Assembly (NCBI RefSeq): GCF_006345805.1
Contig: NC_043002.1
Location: forward strand, 1,984,001-2,048,000
DNA: 64,000 bases
Source of the DNA: Octopus sinensis
Lineage: Eukaryota
Reading direction: 5' to 3'
Positions 12,243 through 25,110 of this stretch are shown here, piece by piece. Numbering within the stretch: position 1 is the first letter of the stretch; each line of letters starts with the position of its first letter. The notes under the pieces were generated by a model. That model was not told where the DNA came from, ran no database searches, and saw only the letters and a list, made by a program, of their open reading frames with translations. A program made the translations under genes and the position numbers.

Positions 12243-12995
12243 TACGTAAGTATGAAATCACTGTGATACAGGTCTATATTTTTTAAATGTCTTACTTTGA
12301 AAAATTGCATTCGGTGGGATTAGTAATATTTTTGGTAGAAATGACTAATTGTCCCTCTTAGCGTGTGGCATGTATGTATAATGCCCTCTATATATAAATT
12401 AATATGTTCAATAAGAAATAATTATTTTCGAAATTTATTCTCTTATGAGGTTTTCACGCTATCTACCTGACAATTTCTTGTTAAGTTTTCCTTATTAAGT
12501 AGTTGTCCTTAATTGCTAAATTTTTATTCCGAAAAAACTTTTCCTTTCCCGAAATGCAATTCGTAAAAGTTCGCCATTTACAGGATGTAATATATGTAAA
12601 CTCACCCATGTGCTTCGTTGATGTTGATCAGTTAGCTGATCGGCTTAAGCGGGGCAGGGTCGTTTATTTATGATACATTCAGGCCTGCTGATGAATACGT
12701 AAGTATGAAATCACTGTGATACAGGTCTATATTTTTTAAATGTCTTACTTTGAAAAATTGCATTCGGTGGGATTAGTAATATTTTTGGTAGAAATGACTA
12801 ATTGTCCCTCTTAGCGTGTGGCATGTATGTATAATGCTCTCTGGCATGTATGTATAATGCCCTCTATATATAAATTAATATGTTCAATAAGAAATAATTA
12901 TTTTCGAAAGTTATTCTCTTATGAGGTTTTCACGCTATCTACCTGACAATTTCTTGTTAAGTTTTCCTTATTAAGTAGTTGTCCTTAATTGCTAA

Positions 12996-13003
<8 letters not shown>
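12238..13003 (+). mobile_element. Tandem 453-bp retrozyme-like unit (about 1.65 copies) in a (TA)n tract
   Basis: 12238-12527 is repeated at 12691-13003 (one substitution plus a 23-bp internal duplication); a hammerhead spans the repeat junction. Confidence 0.8.
12681..12728 (+). ncRNA. Type I hammerhead ribozyme, intact core
   Basis: AGGCCTG-CTGATGA-ATAC(gtaa)GTAT-GAAA-TCA(ctg)TGA-TA-CAGGTCT; predicted cleavage after 12721. Confidence 0.9.
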
Positions 13004-13033
<30 letters not shown>

Positions 13034-15369
13034 ACTTTGCTACTCTCCGGTTAAATTGTGAGAGACTTCCCATACATTCTGTACACAGAAATTCGCCGCA
13101 TTTTATCGTCGGTTTTATCGTATTGCACAGCTTCCCTCTCTGCATGAATGGAACTTCTCATCTACACGAAAGTTTAGTTATGTAATTTACAGGCGTACTT
13201 AGATGTGTAGCTTATATTTATTACAGGGGAACAGAATTCCATACCAAGTTATCGTCTAGATTTTTTTAGAAGATTATTGTTAAAAGGTTCAGTATCGCTG
13301 CTATTCATTCGCCAGCTTACAACCTGAAGCTCAATATTGATTCATTTTATGACGAAGCTCTCCACCGACATGTTCAAACAGGGAAAAGAGTAGAGAAGAG
13401 CTAAGACTCGCTGTTCTTCGAATATCAAACAAAAAGTTAATAGACACCAGAATATTCTGAAGATATTATAATCACACAAAAGACAAAATATAATACAAAA
13501 GCAATAAGCAGTTAGTAAAATTTAAAATAATAAACTACACTGAAATGAATGAGAGAGTCCTGAAATTGTTGATGTATTCCGACATGAAATGTTTCCAAAT
13601 ATGATCTCTGGTGCATTTCGTTGAAGTGAGTAAAGTCGTAAAGTGCTTTCAATGAACCTGACCAGTAAGCTTTCTTCTTTCATTTATTTTAAATATGTTT
13701 TCTATGTTGTTTTTTTTATTGTACTTTCTAAATTACTTTCTTGCATATATGTAAATATATGTATACATATGTGTATGTATGTGTTGAGGTATAAGTGTAT
13801 ATGTATGTACATGGGTGTGTGTGTGTGTATGCATGTATGTGCGTGCGTGTGTGTGTGTGAGTGTGTGTGCGTGCGTGCTATGTCGGGCTGCTCTTCAGCG
13901 CTATTGGTAACATGTGCCTCTTCCCGAGAAATCAGCCCCTATGAAAGAGAAGGAAAATTCTTGCCTTCGAAACCCTGTCCTTATAGCCGGACCAGTCCGT
14001 TGTCATCGATGCCGTACTATTGTGGGGGCAAAGACCAGTAAGGTAACCCAAGTGAAATATTCTTAATTTGGACTGCAATCTCTGTGCTGTCTGTCCGCGC
14101 GCCTCATCGGACACCTGTACAGAAAGTGTCCGTTTGACGGAGGGAAGGATCTATTTGGAGAGCACAAACATTTGATCTCAATAAACAAATCATCTGTGCT
14201 GGTCGTTCAATAAGCCAGTGACTCGATTCGATCTTCAGTTCTTGCATATGGACCCTTCATTTGTCGTTTACCACATGAGACACCACCGTGTGTGTGTGTC
14301 TATCTATTTACATGCGTGTATGGATGCGAGGACTTTTAAAACTTTTCACACATACTTCCATATATGGCATACTGTCTCTTTCTTCTTCATTCTTATTTCT
14401 ACACCTGTTTTAGTTTCCGACTCTCCACCTTATCTTTTCTTCCTTTTTATCCCCTGGTTGAAGTTTCCTATACTTTGTATCTTTCCGAGCCTTTGTCGTT
14501 GACAAAGAAAAGACTATTGTTGATGTTGTTGTTGTTATTACTATTACTATTATTATTATTATTATTATTGTTATTATTATTACTATTATTATTATTATTA
14601 TTTGTGTTGAATTTAAATTTGTCTTGATTGTTAGCGGTGATGATATTATAGTCGTGACAATGTATGTTGTTCTCGTTCCTATTTTGTTAGAGGTGGGCAT
14701 AGAATAGCAGATCCAGTGTTACTGTTGATAAATAGCGTTCTTTTTGTCGATAATATTGAATGAGGAAGAAGTATTACAGAGTAGAGCTGTCGCTGATATC
14801 GTATTCGTGGTTACAGCATCTCTTGCAGCTCTTTCACCGACTATATTCATGTTACCATTCTTTGTGGAATATATTCCATAGCATAAATCACTGCAATGAT
14901 TCTATATTCTGAATTCTGTATCATTAATGCCTATTTTTTTCCTTTTAGCAACTTTATAATAGACGATACTGCATCAACAATGTCTACTGCATGTTATTCC
15001 GTTCTATTATTTCTCACATATGCATGACAGTGTGTGTGTGTGTGTGTGTGCATGTGTACTTGCTTTTGCTGTGACTCTGCGTATAATTATTCTCTTATGC
15101 GTGTATGCGTGTTTATCCTAACGCATAGGCGTGTGAATGTGTACCTTATGTTTTAACATCAATAGTAAAGTGATTATGTCCGTGAGCTATTTGATTCAGC
15201 AAAGTCTAATAAAGAAATAATGTGATAACGCATACACATTCGCTTAACATGCAGTAAGACAGGATGAGAAAGACGACGTCAATTCACGTGTTAGGTCGCT
15301 ATGGAAACGAGGGAAAAGTAGATACAGAGCGAAATATATTAATAAAAAATATATACCAGTATTCAAATC

Positions 15370-15790
<421 letters not shown>

Positions 15791-16276
15791 CTGTGTGTGT
15801 ATTCGCTTGTACATAAATATATCAAAGCACGGAAATTTGCTGCAGGCAAAAGACAGCAGACCAGCGTGTTTTTTCATAGCCAAAAAACCATGCACGAACC
15901 TCACCCTCGTCCTATTTAATATCTATATGAGTTTCTTGTTAAAAAGTATGAAAGAATAAGATATATTGTCTTCCTCTCTTTCTCTCTCCATTTCTCTCTC
16001 TCTCTCTCTTTCTTTCTCGCTTTCCTTATCTCTCCCTCTCTCAATTTGTGTGAATAGATATGTATTATGCTTAAACAGGCGTGTTTCAAATTACTTAACT
16101 CTTTTCATATACCATTTATTAAAAGACACAAGCAGATATATATGCATATATATATATATATATATACACACACATATATATACACATATATATAAATATA
16201 TGTGTGTGTATGTATGTATGTATGAGTGTCTGTATGTTTGTGTGTTAGCCATGAATACACACACACACACGCATAC

Positions 16277-16313
<37 letters not shown>

Positions 16314-17977
16314 TATAAATACGTATGTGTCTACGAGTGTGTGTGCGCATGTGTATTCATATGTAGGCAGATGAAATTTTACATTGTGGTCTTTTCATAA
16401 TTATTCTAATACACTGTTCACCACGTCACTTTACGTGGAAAGAATTCTAATAAGAATTCACAGTTTTTTCTTTCACTTTTCCTTTCTTTCCCAATTATCA
16501 TTATAAACTACCTAGATTCCGATTAACACTTATTCACACTATTCTGCAACAACATCTCAACAAAAAGCCAAAAACACTTTCCGAACGTGATTATATTTAA
16601 AATGACAGATATTTATATTTATCTTTTTATAGAACTCTTCTATTTATATCTAATATACATCCTCCCGTTTACCTTCTCTGCGACGTTTCCTCACATTATC
16701 CGCCAAACCCTGCCATTGTTCTATGCTTTAATAGAACAAGCTTTTGTACTATGGTATTTTTTATTGATTCAAGAGACGAAATACTGAAAGAAATTATATT
16801 TGTTCCCTATAAAAACATGAACCAGGTTCCATTCCTTTGTTGCTGCGACCCTTCATCCTTCATAATTGAATCATGTTACTGAAGAAGTTTTTTTTTCTCT
16901 TATAATTTTCCTAACTGTAGCCTTTTTAAATATATTTTTATTTATATAGTTTTGATGCTTTTAAGTGAAGCACAGATAAAAACGCCCATGCAAGCCGTTT
17001 GCCACTACTAATCTAGGCGTCAGATCACAATTGATTCGGGTGATACATTTAATGTATAACCTATCAATATATTTGTATTAATTCAATCCTTTATCAATCT
17101 AGGTCAGTGGCCCTTTCAGTCTCTCTTCACGACCTATCTTCAGTCCTGAACTGTAATTCGAATGCTGGTTACAAGGGCGAGTCTGCTACAGGTAGAGAAG
17201 GCCGGCACTGTGGTTTTAAATCGGTCTGCTACTCCTTTTATTGAGATAGAAAAAACAAAGTTGATCTCAGTAGTATTTGAAACCAGAACGTAAAGATACT
17301 TAACTGGAAAGGCCTCTCTATTTATATCCTACAACCAATTATTCCGATAATCTCGCTCCCCTGTTTAGACAACCTTACTGTCAGCCAACCTGCGACAGTC
17401 ATCTGTACAGAGTCGTCTCTCGAGAAGCGTCGCATTCTGTTTGGCTTACACCAATTTGCTTTGTTTTCAGATTTCCATTTTTTTGGTTTTGTTTCGTTTC
17501 TAGTATTATTTTAGCGTTTCATCTGTTATGTTGAATAAGTGAAATACGAGTCGCTATTTCGTTGGCTGTATAGTTGTGTTTCTTATTGTATCGACCAGTG
17601 ACTGTGTTGAATACGTGGTGAGTAGGTTGTGTAAATGTTAATGGTTGGCGAAATCGTAGAACCTGAATCGTGTGAAATGTGGATGTTAGAATGTCAGACC
17701 GCCATTATGAATCTCTCTGAGCTGTGTTATGAGATGATAATACACTAGAAAAAATATATATATATTGCTGTGTTATATTGAGGATATCTGCAGAATATAT
17801 GTTGTATAAGCAGTCTCGATTATTACATAAATATTACGTGGAGAATGTATTTGGTGTCGAAGTTGAGCCAAGCGTCCCTCAATAGTATTTGTTTATCTTC
17901 CACTTAAAGTGGATGTTCTGTTTGAACAAGGAATACTGCGTAGTTTACCATGAAAATTAAATAGGTCAGCCTACTGT

Positions 17978-18001
17978 AATTATTATTATTATTATTATTA
18001 T

Positions 18002-18066
<65 letters not shown>
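17978..18066. repeat. (TAT)n(TAG)n microsatellite abutting the R4 3' end
   Basis: Direct inspection. Confidence 0.9.
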
Positions 18067-18850
18067 ATATCATATGAAAACAGTTTATTTTTCTGGGTAA
18101 GATGGAAAGTGTCAGCTGTCCGCAGCCAGCAGACTAAGGGGACACTTGTTTACTGGTCATGCTTCAAGAACCCTGCGAAGAATTCTTGCAGTTCCAAGCA
18201 ATGATGATTTTTGTAGGTGTTCTACCTTCACACTTGCACCGATCTTTTTCGGACATGTTCGTAGTTGAGTGCTGATACTTCCAACTGCACCAATTACTAT
18301 TGGCATCACGTCGACTCTCTTTATTGACCGCAACTTTCGTCTTTCTCACTCCAAATCGTCATAGTTGTTTATCTTTCCCTTCTTCTTTCCCATTGATCCT
18401 GTTGTCCCCGGGGGGCATGCTGTGTCGATTATCCTGTATGTTCTTTCTTTTTTATTCGCCACAACAATGTCCGGTTTCCGATGTCTAGTCAGGTGATCGC
18501 AATGGATCATTACATTCCACAGGATTTGACAATTCTCATTTTCGGTGATTCCTCCAGGGGCTTATTCTTACCACGTGTCTGCCCTTTCCAGGCCGCGATT
18601 TCTACAAAGCTCCCAATGGATCATTCTTGTCACATTGTCATGGCAACGTTTGTGTTCGCGTTGTGCCGTATCGTTTCACCCATCTCACCACAGATGCTGC
18701 ATTTGTCGCTCTCAGTAGTGTTATCAATTCTGCACTTCATATAATTGGTCCTTAACTCTTGTTCCTATGCTGCGCATATGAGTGCTTCTGTCACTATCTT
18801 CAGGTCGCTCCTCCTCATTAACTTTTTAATTTTTCCAAAATTAACCTTTC
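18067..18850 (-). mobile_element. R4/Dong-clade non-LTR element, 3' part (zinc knuckle and REL endonuclease)
   Basis: EQELRTNYMKCRID, DKCSICGEMGETIRH, HDNVTRMIHWELC, ENENCQILWN, RKPDIVV, IIDTACP, VMPIVIGAVG. Confidence 0.88.
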
Positions 18851-19139
18851 GCCTGATATAACTAATAGTCAGATGGAACTGTAAAATCTGTCGAAGTCTG
18901 CAAACACCTTCGAGATCCCAATTTTATCTACCGCAATGATTAGCGCAGGATAAGTAGAGTCTGCAGAAAAAGGCTAGCAACAAAACATGAAAAATCAGCC
19001 GTATCAAAAACAGCAACAACAAACACAACAAATACTACACAACTAAAACAACAACAGGTAACAGGAAGCAGTCAACAACAATACAAACGCATACCTAAAC
19101 TGCATCTTAACTACGAAAGAAGGAAACCGAGTTGATGGA

Positions 19140-19750
19140 GGACAGCAAACGTAACGCGGACTTAGAAAAAGGAAATGTCTTAAGAACACATCACACGTGT
19201 TCCGCGTAATATACTTCAAGAGAGAACAAGATGAAAAGTCTCTGGAAACACTTTGAAAGTTTTCTTAGAGAACATCAGTCACTTCCAAATTGCAATGGCC
19301 GATGGAATGAAAAGGGCCAATAAAAGTAAGACCTTGACGAAGTGGGTTTAGATGAGTCATAGATTATACATTACTGAACGACGGGTTGGCGTCTTCGATA
19401 TACATTAAAATCGTCTTAGAATATCTTATGAGGAATCGGTTTTAAAGCCTCAGAATCCTGTTCAGGCGTTTCCAAATATTGAAATGTACCGACTAGGTTT
19501 TTTCCAGAAGGAAATTGCATAAACTGAATTGGATGGGCCAAATTTCAGAGATAGATTACTCTTTAGTGCAGGGTATAGGGGTACCAAGAGTGTCACAATC
19601 CACCCTCAACGACGACACAGGCCACAAGTTTGTGACAGAGGGGGGACACTTTCTGAAGGCTGAACCCATTGTTCCAGGCATGGAATGTCTTCAGCCTTGA
19701 CAGCCTTTAAATCTGGAGGGCCCTCAAAAGGCAATAACAAGAGCTGAGAT
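19140..19750 (+). mobile_element. Possible decayed L1-clade ORF1-like sequence
   Basis: Weak resemblance of NWMGQISEIDYSLVQGIGVPRV to ORF1 RRM segments; many stops. Confidence 0.2.
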
Positions 19751-20037
19751 ATGCGGAGATATATGGAAATCGAAATAAGAGACGTTGTTCAGAAAGAATC
19801 TCTGACCGATGTAAATGTTCACTACTTTAGCCTGAGATTTCAGGATTACCGTTCCCTCAGTCCACTTCTGTGTGAGATTGGTAAGAAATACTTTAATAGA
19901 AACATCGATCCAGCAACAGATGGCGCTGCTGTCGCCTCGCTATTAGGCCAGCAATAAGTAGCCGTCAAATTGAGTGGAGTCAATTGCTTTATGACTCTAC
20001 TAGCCCTGTCAGTGTAAATTTCCATTGTAGACGCTTC

Positions 20038-20100
<63 letters not shown>

Positions 20101-21050
20101 GAATAGGGAAGCAATAAAAAGAAGGAGAGACTGGAGACGGAAAATCGATTATTAGTTCTTAAAAGAAAATTTTACTTTATACCATTCGATATTTTAAGTA
20201 TTTGACCGAGATAATGTTTCTGAAAATGGTCTACTTTAGTTAATTACTTCGGTGGAAAGTTAAGCAAACAGTTCGGAATGTTAAGTAGATGTAATTCCTA
20301 ATCACATAACATATTGGCTATAATCTGTCTATCTCTAAAATCAAACAGACTCTAGCAAATCAATAACCGAGGTAAGAGCTGGCCATTACCTTATTTTAAA
20401 CTAGTATTTCCGTGGCGTTTGTCTTCGGAGCTGTTAGGCATAGATAGCTACACAATTCCACGGCTGATACAACGATTGCTGTTGTAAAAGAACTTTTCAG
20501 AGAATTACCAGGTCTGAGTATATTTTTACAGATATTTACGAAACACATGGAACCTCAAGAAAACCAGAGAAAGAATGTATCAAATTACATTACAAAAGAA
20601 AGAAGCAATCAGTAAAGTTTAGTAACAATAGTTTTGTTGGAATTGGTACTTTTAAAATAGAAATTTCCCCGCATCGCGTCTTAGTTATCCATATCTTCGC
20701 TACTCACAAAATAATTTTCAATTCCAACATGGCAGTAAGAGCGGTGTCGCCTGCATTTAGTAATCGTCAGCTTCCTTCCTTTCTAAGTAAATAAAGTTTG
20801 TCGTTATTACTTTTTGGGTAATATGCAGTGTTGTGCATTGTGAGAAGCTTCCTTACTAGTTCTTCCATCTAACATCTGTAGCGCCATCTTGGCTCATTCT
20901 AGAAAGGGCACAGACTATCTTATTACTGGCAGAGACCTTATTGCTTTTATAATATTCCCTGCATTTAATTTGGTTTCGAACATGTATTGGAGATTTTTCT
21001 CTCATTTCTCCTTCCATTATCACGTCTTGCAGAAATCTTTATTTTTCAGC

Positions 21051-21250
21051 AAAGGCGACGAATTGGTGGAATCGGTAAAACGCCAATTTCCTCCGTCCTT
21101 ATGTTCTGACTCCAAATTCGTCCGAGATCAACTTTACCTTTTATTCTTTCGGGGTCGATAACATAAGTACGAGTTGTGCACCTGGGTCAATGTAATTGTC
21201 TAACCCCACCCCACCCCCAAATTGATGGCCTTGTGCCAAACTTTGAAACC
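21051..21250 (+). mobile_element. tRNA-derived SINE (abundant family)
   Basis: aggcgacgaattggtggaatcg...ggggtcgataac...ggccttgtgccaaactttgaaacc. Confidence 0.82.
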
Positions 21251-21254
21251 ACTA

Positions 21255-23280
21255 TTTCTCAGCAATCGAATGATATCATCTCGTGGTAATTTTATACCAT
21301 CAGAGTTTATCTTTCGACCTCTTTTCATAATTCAAACTACGCTCTTATTTACCCCCAAACTGCATTCCAATCTCCTTACTGAATTCACGCATCATCTGGA
21401 TTAGGGAATCCGGGGGGTTTACACATTTTCTTTACAGTTTGAGGTCCTCCATATACAACAGACCAGTTATTTTTTAATCTTAGTTTTGTGGAACTCTTGG
21501 GGAGGCCTAGATTTCCTCACTTTACTTGTCAAAAGAATGCAATGACGACGAGAGAGCGATTCCCCATGAAATATTCCGGTAATTTCACCTTTCCGAATGA
21601 TTTATTTTCACATGTCGGTTATACTTTCCTCGCTTTGATTACTTTTGCCAAAAAGCTGTTTAACTTCTTCTTGATTCCGAGCCTCCTCGGATACACCAAC
21701 AGCCGACTGTGGAACAGTGTCATGAGCTTTCTTGTAGTTTGTCCAACCAACAGTAAAATTCTTTTTTCTTATTCGTACCTCGTTTAATATCAGCAGATCC
21801 GCAGTTCCCCTTCACTTCTTTCTGCATCCCTTAAGCTCTTTTGGTAATAGATTCTCCTTCTTCATAAGTTAAATATTTCAGCTGCCAAGAGGCCAGATAA
21901 TGATTTCCAGGGTAATTGTGAGCAGATCTATAACTACTGACTCCCACCTCTCTTTTGTTCGTCTTTCTCTTTGTGTTACTCTGTGAGCACTGCTTTTCTT
22001 TTATCGTATATCTAGGTTTTCCATTTTCTTTACAGGCTATAAGAAACGGTTGTAAATGCTTGTGTCTAAGTGAAAGATTCTTCAGCCAGAATTCCAGAAA
22101 TCCATCTAGTCTGAAGACGTTCTAACTTGGTATTTTCTTAAGCTTTTCTTTCACTTTCTCATCTGCATTATTTATATTTCCTTGCTTCGCATCATCTTCC
22201 ATTTTCGTTTTAAATATCCATAACTGGTCCACTTTCTTAATATGTTCAACTTTTTTGCTCCAGTTTCTAACCTAAAGTTCCTTCTTTCTTCAGGATTTGG
22301 TACATCACTTCCCTGATATTCCTCTTCATCTGGCACATCATTCTTTTGATATTCACCCTCATTGTTCAGCTGGTTGCTTTGACCATTTTTTAAAACTTAC
22401 CTCTTTCTTATCTAACTGTAATCATTTGTGTCTAATGTTGTGCTTTCTTTGCCGTTACTTCCTAAATTTTTCCATCAGCATTTACTTTTCTATGGTTGCA
22501 TTTATCCTTCCAAGATCCCTATTGAGCTGTTCAACTTAGATCTCAAATCTTCTTTCCAATCAAGAGACTGTGTCCCCTGATTTTCCTTGAATTATAACCC
22601 GAAGAATTTCCGCAGCAACAATTGTTGAGCACTATTTGAGGTCGTTTAAATCTGTTATATTTTCCAAACAGATCTTTGGTAACATCCCGTCAACCTTTTT
22701 TTTTACAATTTTACGAAGTTTTCCTCTTTCGATTCCTCACAAGACTAGCAGACTTCTTTCACTATTTCCTGTCTCAGACCTTTGTAGTAAGCACATTTCC
22801 TCCTGTACAACATTCTTTCTTTCCACAAAGTAAAATTTGTTTCGTCTGCCCTGTATTTTTTCTATGTTTTTGCTTACTTTCCTCTACATAGACATGTTTT
22901 ACATATTTCACAGTTGTGGAGATCTTTTGCATTTTTCATGATTAATTTTTTCTGCTCGAGAAGTCTTTGTTCCACTGTTGTGCAAGAGTTAATCACCCAA
23001 AATTCTCAAGATCCAAGTTGCTTTTATTAAAGAATTTAGGATACAAGTTTAAGCACTTTAAGTTTATGTGTTTGTTTTGCAAGATTCCTGTTGTGAAGTC
23101 GTGTGTTGAAACAGGTATTGTCATATTTGGAGATGGTCATATTTTTGCAAATTAACCACACGCGCTGTACACCTGACTTTCACTTCACTTTTGTTACTAT
23201 TCTTATTTTAGTGCTCTTTGTCTAAAATTAATAAGAGGTCTCTCTCTTACTGGTCTACTGGGACAAGAAAAAACACGACC
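21255..23280 (-). mobile_element. R4/Dong-clade element, 5' region and RT
   Basis: GIFHGESLS, GLLYMEDLKL, FSKEIGMQFG, and an N-terminal region with ENITDLNDL and EQLNRDLGRI; many lesions. Confidence 0.82.
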
Positions 23281-23289
23281 TTAGCTGTT

Positions 23290-24560
23290 ACCACCCCAGT
23301 AGATAAGAGGGATACCCACTACTGTAACCACAATGGTTAAGAAGGCCCCTAGGGAGAGATGAAACGGTTAGACCAGAACCTTACGGACATCCGAAAACGA
23401 CGACCAGGTGAGAAAAATAGTTTCACATGCGGCAGGTGTGTGTACCAAGGTCATAACTAAAGGACCACATGTTCAAGTTTAGTGACAAGATATACGCCCA
23501 AGAAGGTGCAGTCATCAGTGTGAGTATCGCTGGTGAAGTGAGTAAACTGTTTATGGCAAGGTGGGTGGGGGACACAAAGAACGATTAGCAGAGAGCTCTG
23601 CAACCTTAACCATGTACTCCCGCTATGTGGATGATATCAACTTAGTAGCAAAAGTACTCCTACGAGACAGTGTCCATAAACTAGAAGCTAGCACCATGGA
23701 GAACATCCAGCAAATATCTAACTCTATCCGCCAGAGTATCAAATTAACATAGATTACTCTTGCAAGCATCATAATTATAGATTATCGGTCTTAGACATAG
23801 AACTTTGACTGGAAACTAGGAATAAGGTTCACATCCTTCGTTACTACTATGTGAATCCTATGGCTTCTACATATCTGGTCCACATGAATGTAGTTAATGC
23901 GGACAACATCAAGTTCAATATTTTGATAGCGGACTTTGTAAAAGTGATGAGAAATGTGTCCCGCATATGCGACACAACGGAATTAGAAAGACATGTACAA
24001 CTCTTCATTGACCGCATGCAATCCTCTGGCTACAACCAAAGGGACCGAATCAGAGTGTACAAAGGAGCGAAGGCTAAGCACAATGCCATCCGAGAGAATG
24101 GTGGAAATAGGATCTGCACGCCATACCGAAGTAAATCTTGGAATAGCATAGAAACAGCCGAGATGAAGATAGATAAAGCCAACTCATGGCATGGCAACCA
24201 AAAATACCACAGCTTCATGTTCGTTGATGCTTATCTTGGCGGCGATCTAACATATCTTTTAAGGAAACCCTTAGATAAGTTGACTCTACGGATTAAAGTA
24301 GTAGAAAGGCCAAGGACTCCCATACATCTTTGATCTGTAGAACATTTCCGTTTGAAAGGTCCCATATAGGGATAACAACTGTATAGTATGTAAGATGAAT
24401 CCGCAGGTAAACTGTAAGATTAGGAATGTAGTCTATAGTATACGGTGTACTAAGGGGTGATGAGAAAAAGAACAATATTGTATTGGGGAGACAGCACATA
24501 TCATCGAGGAGCGAATAGGTGAAAACTGGCGGGAGCTCAAGAAAAGAAAAAAAGCTTGTC
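23290..24560 (+). mobile_element. Penelope-like element remnant (RT and GIY-YIG, Neptune-like)
   Basis: HMFKFSDKIYAQEG, MYSRYVDDINL, FIDRMQSSGY, CIVCKMNPQVNCKIRNVVYSIRC...IGETA..ERIGE. Confidence 0.85.
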
Positions 24561-25010
24561 AGTGCAATTAGAACATACAGGCTCGGTCAATAAACATAGA
24601 TGTTAAGTTCTTAGCAACACATGAAATACTCAGGATCTTTAGATTATAGAGGCCGCGCACATAGTAATAGACAGCACGAGTCTCAACAGAAAACATGACC
24701 GGAATAATAATACTTGTCCACTGCATAATACAATGCAAGCTGACGGCAAAAGACAGAATGAGAGAAGGAAAAGAGACACAGATACAAGCGGTATAATGCA
24801 AAAAGCTATATACTCACACAAGACACACATGCACATACTAAAGACGAGAATATAAATAGATTAATAAGTAAATAAACAAATAAAAAAACTAAATAAAAAC
24901 TACGGGTACAAACAGTGTAGTAAGGAAACCTATGTACAAGAACGCAAAACACATACTGAGCACACACGCGCGCGCACACTCACAGATCCAGACGCAAACA
25001 CACGAGCAGA

Positions 25011-25110
25011 CAATGATACAGACCAGAGACTGGACGAAACAGAAGAGGAGAAGACACGTGGGGTGGAGATTCGCTGAAGAGGTCACTAGAAATGTGTGAC
25101 GGAAAACAAT
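25011..25110 (+). ncRNA. Two adjacent hammerhead relics 3' of the PLE ORF
   Basis: ATGATACA-GACCAG(aga)CTGGAC-GAAAC and CTGAAGA-GGTCAC(tagaaatgt)GTGACG-GAAAAC. Confidence 0.45.
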
